A stretch of 32,000 nt of DNA from Bacillus subtilis subsp. subtilis str. 168 (GTDB taxonomy: Bacteria > Bacillota > Bacilli > Bacillales > Bacillaceae), in contig NC_000964.3 of assembly GCF_000009045.1 (NCBI RefSeq), positions 3,450,001-3,482,000 on the forward strand, in the 5' to 3' direction. The notes below the pieces were generated by a model that saw only the letters and a program-made list of their open reading frames with translations, had not been told where the DNA came from and made no database searches. Positions 21,266-32,000 of this stretch are shown here, piece by piece. The position numbers and the translations under genes are program-made. Numbering within the stretch: the stretch's first letter is position 1; each line of letters opens with the position of its first letter.

Positions 21266-21823
21266 GTGAAAAAAACCGCTCTCGACATCATTGAACATGC
21301 TGAAGAGCATCTCATTGAGAAGATTGCCGAAAATATGCATACGTTTGGAATGCCTTCAACTGTCGGACGTGTGCTCGGAATTATTTATATGAATCGAAAA
21401 CCAATGACCTTAAGCGAGCTCTCTGAGGCAACGGGCATGAGCAAAACACGGATGAGCCAGGTTGTCCGGGAAATGATCGATGCCAATATCGCCGAAAAGG
21501 TGTTTGAAAAAGGCGTACGAAAAGACCTTTATGACGTCGAGCAGGATTATTATCAAACCTTCATTTCTTTATTTGCGGCGAATTGGACAAAGGTCGTGAG
21601 CAAAAACAAAGTGCTGTATAAAAAATTAAACCGGGAGCTGAGTGATCTTTTACAAAGGGACGGGCTTACCCCGGAAGCGGAAGAGAAAGTCAATCAGCTG
21701 CTGAATGAATTAAAAGAATGGCTTCATTACTATGATTGGCTGAGCAGGTTGATTGAATTTTTTGAGAGTGAGGAAGTCTTTCGGTATGTGCCGAAAACAA
21801 AAGAATGCAGCTCTCTAAAATAA
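21266..21823 (+). CDS. opcR: GbsR-type repressor of the opuB and opuC operons (185 aa)
   Basis: GTG start. MKKTALDIIEHAEEHLIEKIAENMHTFGMPSTVGRVLGIIYMNRKPMTLSELSEATGMSKTRMSQVVREM. Divergent from opuCA. Confidence 0.88.
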   Translation: MKKTALDIIEHAEEHLIEKIAENMHTFGMPSTVGRVLGIIYMNRKPMTLSELSEATGMSKTRMSQVVREMIDANIAEKVFEKGVRKDLYDVEQDYYQTFISLFAANWTKVVSKNKVLYKKLNRELSDLLQRDGLTPEAEEKVNQLLNELKEWLHYYDWLSRLIEFFESEEVFRYVPKTKECSSLK

Positions 21824-21837
21824 GAGAGCTGCTTTTT
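21807..21837. terminator. Terminator shared by convergent opcR and yvbG
   Basis: 9-bp stem GCAGCTCTC / GAGAGCTGC followed by T5. The opcR stop codon (21821-21823) sits in the loop. Confidence 0.8.
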
Positions 21838-21840
21838 GCA

Positions 21841-22476
21841 TCATGAAGTTAAGACCGGAAACATGCCTTTCAGCCCGGCACCAATCATCCCGACCGCAAC
21901 CACGGCTAAGATTAATCCCATCAGTCTGGTAATCACATTCATCTCGGTTTTTCCGAGTTTGCTGCTGATAAAAGCAGAATAGTGGAAAAAGAGAAAGGTC
22001 AGGGCAATAACGGCGGCTATGCCGATCATGACAGCCGCATAATGACCAATGCCGCTATGTCCGGCGGAAAGGCTCATCACTGTTGCAATCGTTCCGGGCC
22101 CAGCAATGATCGGAATGGATAAAGGTGTGACTGATATATCCGCTTTTTCCTTGCTTTCCTTATGTTCATCATGGTGAAGAGATTGCACGTGCGATTCTTT
22201 CGCATTCAATAGATTATAGGCAATGCCGAAAATGAATATGCCGCCCGCCACTCGGAGCGCGTGAATGTTGATATCAAACAGTTTAAAGATAAGATGACCG
22301 AAAACCAAAAAAGCTGCGAGAATAAAAAAGGATAAAATAGCTGCCTTCCGGGCAATCGCTTTTCTTTCCGCTGCAGTATAGCCTTCTGTCAGCGTCAGAA
22401 ATATCGGTACGTTTCCGATCGGATTCGATACTGCGAATAAAGAAATGAAGACGTGAACGATAAATGAGAACATCAT
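21841..22476 (-). CDS. yvbG: MarC/UPF0056-family integral membrane protein (211 aa)
   Basis: MMFSFIVHVFISLFAVSNPIGNVPIFLTLT is the typical MarC N-terminus. The start is trimmed to the ATG after AAGGAGG. Confidence 0.85.
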   Translation of the reverse strand: MMFSFIVHVFISLFAVSNPIGNVPIFLTLTEGYTAAERKAIARKAAILSFFILAAFLVFGHLIFKLFDINIHALRVAGGIFIFGIAYNLLNAKESHVQSLHHDEHKESKEKADISVTPLSIPIIAGPGTIATVMSLSAGHSGIGHYAAVMIGIAAVIALTFLFFHYSAFISSKLGKTEMNVITRLMGLILAVVAVGMIGAGLKGMFPVLTS

Positions 22477-22625
22477 ATACCTCCTTGTTGATAGTCTCTG
22501 CACAGGAAATAGAATGATTCTCCACCCTTTTACCCGGAGGCGATTTCCCGGTAAACCTTTATAGCCTGTCAGAAACGCGCCATGCTACAATGAAGTGACA
22601 AATTGAATAGGAAGGACGTATACAG

Positions 22626-23240
22626 ATGTTCAAAAAAATTGCGGCAGATGCCTTGGGCTTATCTGATATCGGAAAAATTATCGAACCTCAGGACTATGAC
22701 AAAACAGACGCAGATGACTATGTCATGCATGAAGATAATGAGAAAATTTATTTCTTGATTAAAACAAAAGCAGACGAGTATTGCTTTACGAACCTGGCCC
22801 TGATCCATGTGGACGGCGAACGCGCCACTTCCTCAAAACGAACGTTGAAACGCTATCCTTATTCGCAATATAAAATCTCTGACGTTTTTCTTGAAACTGC
22901 CGGAAAAGTGGATTTGGATGTTGAAATTAAGTTCAAGCTGGGCGGTGAACAATTCGACATTGATGTCCACAAAGACCAGATTGAAAAGTTAAAAGACCTT
23001 TATAAAGCACTGCTTCGCATCGCTGAAACAACCTATGAAAATGACATTTTAATCAATCAAGCGGAGCAAAGCTTAGATAAAGCAGTGACGATTCTTCACC
23101 ATACCCGCCCTGAGCACGTCAATATTGAAACGCAATACAAAGAGCTGACCGAATTCGGATTCACTTGGCTGACATCCGTTCGCTCGCAGTATCATATTAA
23201 GGATTTTGGGGATGTATTTGAGAAATATATTAATAACTAG
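22626..23240 (+). CDS. yvbH: Uncharacterised soluble protein, probably bacterial PH-domain-like (204 aa)
   Basis: An ORF with a GGAAGGA SD and no TM segments. The product call comes from memory of YvbH and is uncertain. Confidence 0.7.
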   Translation: MFKKIAADALGLSDIGKIIEPQDYDKTDADDYVMHEDNEKIYFLIKTKADEYCFTNLALIHVDGERATSSKRTLKRYPYSQYKISDVFLETAGKVDLDVEIKFKLGGEQFDIDVHKDQIEKLKDLYKALLRIAETTYENDILINQAEQSLDKAVTILHHTRPEHVNIETQYKELTEFGFTWLTSVRSQYHIKDFGDVFEKYINN

Positions 23241-23246
23241 ATAAAA

Positions 23247-23282
23247 AAAGACACAGCTGCTATCGTGCTCGTGTCTTTTTTT
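23247..23282 (+). terminator. Terminator after yvbH
   Basis: AAGACAC ... GTGTCTT stem with an imperfect interior, followed by T8. Confidence 0.7.
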
Positions 23283-23371
23283 GTATGAATATTGATTACT
23301 TTACAACTTTTTTCTTTTATAATAAAACTATTAGTCTATTTTCCCTATATTACAGATAAAGGAGTTATTTT

Positions 23372-24070
23372 ATGTATTGTCCTCAATGCGGCCATCAAAC
23401 AGATGGCGGAAATTTTTGTGAGAAATGCGGATCACCGCTCCCCGGTCAATCAGGCCACCAGCATGCAGCTCAAACTGGAGCCGCTGCAAAGCAAGCAGCA
23501 AAACAGTTCGGTTCATTTGTCTTATCCGTCCTGAAACGCCCTTATCAGGAATGTAAAGCAACAGGCGGAGAACAGCTGATCAGCGCAATCATTACGATGG
23601 TTCTTTTCAGTTTGCTGACCCCTTTGATGTTTTATATTCTTTTTTCAGACGGTCCCGGAAGCGTAAGCTTTACAGCAATCTTCTTAGAGCCAACCATTTA
23701 TTTTATTTTATTTCTATTTGGCCTGCATGCATGCATCTTTTTCGCCCTGAAAATCGCGGGAAACCAAGTGTCTTTCAAGGATTCATTCTCAAGATTCGGA
23801 GCATTTCTTATTCCTTTTACGGCTATTTTGATTCTTGCCCTTTTCTTCTTTTTATTACATACAGACATTTGCTTTACCATATTAGCCGTTGGTTTAATCG
23901 GTGCATTCTTCGCCATTCCTCCTGCGATGCTGAGCAGTTACCAGCATTCATATAAAGGGAAGGTTGATTTCATTTACTCAACGATTGTGATTTATCTGAT
24001 CATCTGCGTTACATTTCAGCTTATTATCGAACACTATGTCAAAGAAATTTTCCGTTATATGCTCTTTTAA
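23372..24070 (+). CDS. yvbI: Zinc-ribbon membrane protein of unknown function (232 aa)
   Basis: The N-terminus MYCPQCGHQTDGGNFCEKCGSPL is a CxxC-N9-CxxC zinc ribbon. Four or five hydrophobic helices follow. An AAAGGAG SD is present. Confidence 0.8.
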   Translation: MYCPQCGHQTDGGNFCEKCGSPLPGQSGHQHAAQTGAAAKQAAKQFGSFVLSVLKRPYQECKATGGEQLISAIITMVLFSLLTPLMFYILFSDGPGSVSFTAIFLEPTIYFILFLFGLHACIFFALKIAGNQVSFKDSFSRFGAFLIPFTAILILALFFFLLHTDICFTILAVGLIGAFFAIPPAMLSSYQHSYKGKVDFIYSTIVIYLIICVTFQLIIEHYVKEIFRYMLF

Positions 24071-24108
24071 AAACAACCCCATCACCTGCTGGTGATGGGG
24101 TTGTTTTA
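24071..24108. terminator. Bidirectional terminator between convergent yvbI and yvbJ
   Basis: 16-bp perfect stem AAACAACCCCATCACC / GGTGATGGGGTTGTTT with a TGCT loop. The yvbJ stop codon overlaps the 3' arm. Confidence 0.9.
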
Positions 24109-25923
24109 TTGAATAGACGTTAAGTAAATTCTTCCGTTCTTCACTACGCCGGTGTAGGTCCAGTTATATGTTCTGAGCTTTGGACTGCCGCCTGATTTTG
24201 TGATATAGAATTCTTCATACGTCTTAATCGTGATAGCCGACCCATTTTGGCTCCAGCTTTTCACTTCATAGTTATTAAAGTCTTCTGTTGTCCCCTCTTT
24301 ATTTAATTTCGACACGAGATGCTGCTGGTCGGAATAAAGGGAACTGCCTTTTTCAAGGCTGTCTTCCATCAGTGAGAAATTATTTTGATTCACGGCATCT
24401 GCCTGACTTTGCAGATAACTGCCCATAAATAATGTCACTTGTTCATCTGTAACATCGCCGCTTGCAGAGCTTTCACTGCCTTTGTTTTTCGAGCCAGCCC
24501 AGGCGGAAGTGTATGTCTCTGGTTTATCATTTTTGATTTTCTTTATATTTGTGCCTGCAGATTCGAATGTTGATTCTGCATCTTCGAAAATCCACTTTTT
24601 CTGTTTTTTATCATATGAAAGAAGATATTCATAACTCGGACTGTCGTCAGTCATTTCAGACTTTGTATAGTCGTTATACGAAGAAGACTGGTGAAGTTCT
24701 TTTCCTGTTACCGATACCTGCCACGTTCCGTCGTTTTTCTGAGAGAGGGCAAATGTGTCCAGGTCAAAATCAGTTTCCAAGTATCTATCTTTTAAGTATG
24801 AATCCGCGCTTTTCATAGAATCGACGGTGTCCTTCGTCTCCGCCTTCCAATTGGCACTTGCCTCTGTCATCTGGGCTGTATTCCCATCAGATAGAGCTTT
24901 GGAGTATTGTTTTGTTGTTTTGACAATTGTGTTCATAATCTGTTCCTGTGTATCTTGATCAGGAATTAACGTTAACTCCATTTCTTTATCATCGATCGGA
25001 ACGCCGGCAGTTTTTGTTTTTCCCCACGGAAATTCTGCCTCGACTGAAGCTGTCATTGATCCATCTGTCAGCAGCGGACCATATGTTACGGATTTGAACG
25101 GATCTTTATGAATTGATTTACCGTTAATCAGCAAATCTCCCTTCCCGCTCTTGATGTCATTCGCTAAGCTGAATGTCACATCGTCTGCTTCCAATGAGAG
25201 ATCAACACGAAAGCTGCTATCGCCAATCGCCTGAATGTCTTCCTTTTTCACAAGGTCAACGACATCGTTTTTCAGTTTGGCTGAGACTGTATATTCGCCG
25301 GGAATGTACGGACCAAGGGTTTGTGCTTGATCTGCTTTCTTTACAGATCCGGCTTCCTCTTTATTGACATATAGATCGGTATTTTTATAATTGCTGCTCA
25401 CTTCAAAATAAACAGGTGCTACCTTTAAGTCATAATGGTCAAATACCAGCAGGCTTTTCCCGTCTTTTTCCGCATATACGATATCCTTCTGGGCTGTTTC
25501 ATCACGCAGCGATGCAAAAAGTTCATCTTTTTTGTCTGGATGATCCTTCAAATATGTAAGAAACGGTTTTACATTATTTTTAGTGAGTTTAAGATTGTCA
25601 TTTACCGGTGTAAGCAGAGTCGCGATTTGGTCCTGATCCCCATCATTTACGGCCTGTTCAAACTTGTCTACTAACCTATCCTTTGAAGTAAAATACGCTC
25701 CGGTTTTATATGCGGCGAATAATATAACGCACGCCGCGGCAATGCTGCTCCATAAAATGATGGTTTTCTTAGGGATCGGTTTTCGCGGAGCCTGCCTCGT
25801 TTCTGCAGTGCTAGCTGTTTCTTGATTTGCCTGTTTGCTGCCCCCTCCGATCGGGGTGCCGCATTGTTTACAAAACTTGGCTCCTTCATTATTCTGGGAG
25901 CCGCAATTCTTACAAAATAACAT
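24106..25923 (-). CDS. yvbJ: Zinc-ribbon, single-pass membrane protein with a large extracytoplasmic domain (605 aa)
   Basis: The N-terminus MLFCKNCGSQNNEGAKFCKQCGTPI is a CxxC-N10-CxxC zinc ribbon. One TM (IILWSSIAAACVILFAAY) follows, then about 530 hydrophilic residues. A GGAGG SD is present. Confidence 0.85.
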   Translation of the reverse strand: MLFCKNCGSQNNEGAKFCKQCGTPIGGGSKQANQETASTAETRQAPRKPIPKKTIILWSSIAAACVILFAAYKTGAYFTSKDRLVDKFEQAVNDGDQDQIATLLTPVNDNLKLTKNNVKPFLTYLKDHPDKKDELFASLRDETAQKDIVYAEKDGKSLLVFDHYDLKVAPVYFEVSSNYKNTDLYVNKEEAGSVKKADQAQTLGPYIPGEYTVSAKLKNDVVDLVKKEDIQAIGDSSFRVDLSLEADDVTFSLANDIKSGKGDLLINGKSIHKDPFKSVTYGPLLTDGSMTASVEAEFPWGKTKTAGVPIDDKEMELTLIPDQDTQEQIMNTIVKTTKQYSKALSDGNTAQMTEASANWKAETKDTVDSMKSADSYLKDRYLETDFDLDTFALSQKNDGTWQVSVTGKELHQSSSYNDYTKSEMTDDSPSYEYLLSYDKKQKKWIFEDAESTFESAGTNIKKIKNDKPETYTSAWAGSKNKGSESSASGDVTDEQVTLFMGSYLQSQADAVNQNNFSLMEDSLEKGSSLYSDQQHLVSKLNKEGTTEDFNNYEVKSWSQNGSAITIKTYEEFYITKSGGSPKLRTYNWTYTGVVKNGRIYLTSIQ

Positions 25924-26042
25924 GACTTTCCTCCTATTCTACTAATTTGATAACATTTACTGCTTTTCATATTTTATAATAAAACAGAATGAAATTGGGA
26001 ACGAATGAAAAAATTAAATGTCTATCAGACTAAAAAGGTGGA

Positions 26043-26510
26043 ATGAATATGCAAAAGCTCAGGATTGAATTAGGAGAAGAAACAAATGACGAATTATATG
26101 ATCTATTGCTGCTCGCCGATCCATCGAAAGACATTGTAGATGAATATCTTGAGAGGGGAGAATGTTACACAGCTTGGGCCGGTGATGAGCTTGCAGGGGT
26201 TTATGTATTGCTAAAAACAAGGCCGCAAACAGTTGAAATTGTAAATATTGCGGTAAAAGAATCTCTTCAGAAGAAAGGCTTTGGCAAACAGCTTGTACTT
26301 GACGCCATCGAAAAAGCGAAGAAGCTGGGGGCGGACACGATTGAAATCGGAACGGGGAATTCGAGCATTCATCAGCTTTCCCTCTATCAAAAATGCGGAT
26401 TCCGCATTCAGGCGATCGACCACGATTTCTTTCTCAGACATTATGATGAGGACATTTTTGAAAACGGGATTCAATGCCGCGATATGGTAAGGCTTTATTT
26501 GGATCTCTGA
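26043..26510 (+). CDS. yvbK: GNAT-family N-acetyltransferase (155 aa)
   Basis: The acetyl-CoA motif VKESLQKKGFGKQLV (Q/RxxGxG/A) is present. The second ATG (26049) has better spacing to AAAGGTGG, so the start is uncertain by two codons. Confidence 0.85.
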   Translation: MNMQKLRIELGEETNDELYDLLLLADPSKDIVDEYLERGECYTAWAGDELAGVYVLLKTRPQTVEIVNIAVKESLQKKGFGKQLVLDAIEKAKKLGADTIEIGTGNSSIHQLSLYQKCGFRIQAIDHDFFLRHYDEDIFENGIQCRDMVRLYLDL

Positions 26511-26513
26511 AAG

Positions 26514-26553
26514 CATAAAAAAGCCGCCGAGAGAAAATCCCGGCGGTCTTTTT
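26514..26553. terminator. Bidirectional terminator between convergent yvbK and eno
   Basis: CCGCCG ... CGGCGG stem (26524-26546), flanked by A6 and T5. Confidence 0.75.
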
Positions 26554-26554
26554 A

Positions 26555-27871
<1,317 letters not shown>

Positions 27872-27876
27872 TCAAA

Positions 27877-30196
<2,320 letters not shown>

Positions 30197-31381
30197 TTAT
30201 TTATCGTTCAGTGCAGCTACCCCTGGAAGCTCTTTGCCTTCCATAAACTCAAGGGATGCGCCGCCGCCTGTTGAGATGTGGCTCATTTTGTCAGCAAGGC
30301 CGAATTTTTCAACCGCTGCCGCAGAGTCTCCTCCGCCGATGACAGAGTATGTATCTTTCGCCTCTGCCAATGCTTCCGCAACCGCTTTTGTTCCTTGAGC
30401 GAACAAGTCGATTTCGAATACGCCCATTGGTCCGTTCCACACGACAAGTTTGCTGTTTTTGATGACGTCAGCATACGTTTCGCGTGTTTTCGTACCAATG
30501 TCGATTGCTTCTAAATCACTAGGGATTTCAGAGATCGGCACAATTTTCACGTTTGCATCGTTAGAGAAATCATCTGCAACGAGTACATCTTCAGGCATGT
30601 AGAAGTTAACGCCTTTTTCTTTAGCGCGGTCCATAAATGATTTCGCAAGCTCGATTTTATCCTCTTCAAGAAGAGATTTCCCGACTTCATAGCCAAGCGC
30701 TTTTACGAAAGTATAAGCAAGACCTCCGCCGATGATCAGGTTGTCTACTTTATCAAGAAGACTTTCGATTACACCGATTTTGTCTTTTACTTTCGCTCCG
30801 CCGATGATCGCTGTGAACGGGCGGTCAGGATTGGAAACCGCTTTTCCAAGTACATCAAGCTCTTTTTCCATTAAGAAACCTGCAACTGCTGGCAGATGCT
30901 CGGCAATTCCAGCTGTAGATGCGTGAGCACGGTGGGCAGCACCGAATGCGTCATTTACATATACATCTGCAAGCTCAGCAAATGCTTTTGCAAGCTCAGG
31001 ATCATTTTTCTCTTCACCAGGATAGAAACGTACGTTTTCCAATACAAGAACGTCTCCGTCCTTCATCTCAGAAATTTGTGCTTTTACAGCATCGCCGTAT
31101 GCTTCATCCGCTTTTTTCACTTCTTTGCCAAGCAGTTCGCCGAGACGTGCAGCGACAGGAGTTAAACGAAGCTCCTCAACCACTTCGCCTTTCGGGCGGC
31201 CTAAGTGGCTCGCAAGAAGGACTTTTGCGCCTTGGTCTGCAAGGTGTTTGATTGTTGGAAGCGCAGCACGGATACGTGTATCGTCTGTTACTTCCCCGTC
31301 TTTCATTGGAACGTTAAAGTCAACGCGGCAGAATACAACTTTGCCTTTTACGTCGATGTCTTTGAGAGTTTTTTTATTCAT
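30197..31381 (-). CDS. pgk: Phosphoglycerate kinase (394 aa)
   Basis: [25 protein letters not shown] and SHLGRPKG motifs. The start is trimmed to the ATG after GAAGGAGG. The 53-codon upstream extension is non-coding spacer. Confidence 0.97.
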   Translation of the reverse strand: MNKKTLKDIDVKGKVVFCRVDFNVPMKDGEVTDDTRIRAALPTIKHLADQGAKVLLASHLGRPKGEVVEELRLTPVAARLGELLGKEVKKADEAYGDAVKAQISEMKDGDVLVLENVRFYPGEEKNDPELAKAFAELADVYVNDAFGAAHRAHASTAGIAEHLPAVAGFLMEKELDVLGKAVSNPDRPFTAIIGGAKVKDKIGVIESLLDKVDNLIIGGGLAYTFVKALGYEVGKSLLEEDKIELAKSFMDRAKEKGVNFYMPEDVLVADDFSNDANVKIVPISEIPSDLEAIDIGTKTRETYADVIKNSKLVVWNGPMGVFEIDLFAQGTKAVAEALAEAKDTYSVIGGGDSAAAVEKFGLADKMSHISTGGGASLEFMEGKELPGVAALNDK

Positions 31382-31601
31382 GCCTAGGAGATCCTCCTTC
31401 AAAATGGTTTGCATACAGCACGAAAAACGTGAAACCGTCTGTTCAAGCGATAACTCCGCTAGGGCAGATCGCAGTCTTTTTCGGCACAGGGCAGTTCGTC
31501 TAAAAGCCAGGGCAGCGGCCTTAGGCGAAAGCGCCGGCAAAGCTGCTTAAAACGCGGTCGTTTCTCTATCACAGAGCGTTTTCTGAAAGCCGGTCTTCAT
31601 G

Positions 31602-31633
31602 GAAAAAGGGAAAGGGAGTCCGTCCCCTTCCCT
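31602..31633 (-). terminator. Hairpin plus T-run downstream of gapA (partial terminator)
   Basis: On the minus strand: AGGGAAGGGGA CGGAC TCCCTTTCCCT followed by TTTTT. The stem is 11 bp with one A.C mismatch. Confidence 0.65.
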
Positions 31634-31697
31634 TGTCCGCTTTCATTATAGCGCTTCTATTCGAAAGAACCAAGTCAGGTCCTTTTTCAGCTATAAA

Positions 31698-32000
31698 TTA
31701 AAGACCTTTTTTTGCGATGTAAGCTGCAAGGTCAACAACGCGGTTAGAGTAGCCGCTTTCGTTATCGTACCAAGAGATTACTTTTACCATGCTGCCTTCC
31801 ATAACCATTGTAGAAAGAGCATCGATTGTAGAAGAGTTTTTGTTTCCGTTGTAGTCGCCAGAAACTAATGGCTCTTCGCTGTAGCCAAGGATTCCTTTAA
31901 GGTCGCCTTCAGCCGCTTCTTTAAGAGCTGCGTTTACTTCTTCAGCTGTTACTTCTTGGTTCAGTTCAGCAACCAAGTCAACTAGAGAAACGTTTGGAGT
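31698..32000 (-). CDS. gapA: Glyceraldehyde-3-phosphate dehydrogenase, C-terminal 100 codons (gene runs off the right edge)
   Basis: The translation ends [26 protein letters not shown], which is the GAPDH C-terminus. Confidence 0.95.
   Translation of the reverse strand, partial: TPNVSLVDLVAELNQEVTAEEVNAALKEAAEGDLKGILGYSEEPLVSGDYNGNKNSSTIDALSTMVMEGSMVKVISWYDNESGYSNRVVDLAAYIAKKGL

Noticed and set aside
31382-31540. 53-codon upstream extension of pgk (the 447-aa ORF), and the plus-strand 141-aa ORF at 31125-31550
   Set aside because: Ala/Arg-rich translation of GC-rich spacer. The Pgk homology starts at MNKKTLKD after GAAGGAGG. The plus-strand ORF is antisense to pgk.

Overview
From memory of the proteins, not from a search, I recognise this window as the well-annotated Bacillus subtilis 168-type segment running from yvaG to gapA. 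The left third is on the minus strand. It holds a partial SDR gene (yvaG), tmRNA (ssrA), smpB, rnr (RNase R), the yvaK carboxylesterase and secG. Next come yvaM (alpha/beta hydrolase), three small XRE-type regulators (yvzC, rghRA, rghRB), the HxlR-type regulator catR/yvaP and the chemoreceptor yvaQ. The centre holds two paralogous compatible-solute ABC importer operons, opuBA-BD and opuCA-CD. Each is paired with a divergent GbsR-type regulator (yvaV, opcR) and a conserved inverted-repeat operator. These two roughly 4.2 kb direct repeats bracket a very AT-rich 3.5 kb insert carrying the cannibalism toxin and immunity system sdpABC / sdpRI. The right third holds yvbG (MarC family), the poorly characterised yvbH, yvbI and yvbJ, a GNAT gene (yvbK), and the distal glycolytic operon eno-pgm-tpiA-pgk plus the 3' end of gapA. 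I saw no rRNA or tRNA, no CRISPR array and no transposase or integrase. I do not see a convincing previously undescribed system. The accessory system here (sdp) is already described. The items most worth a second look are: the structure of the opuB / sdp / opuC duplication and island; an orphan Shine-Dalgarno upstream of sdpA; the yvbI / yvbJ zinc-ribbon membrane proteins; and a long structured gapA-pgk spacer. Several six-frame ORFs are too long at the 5' end, and I trimmed them to starts that have ribosome-binding sites.
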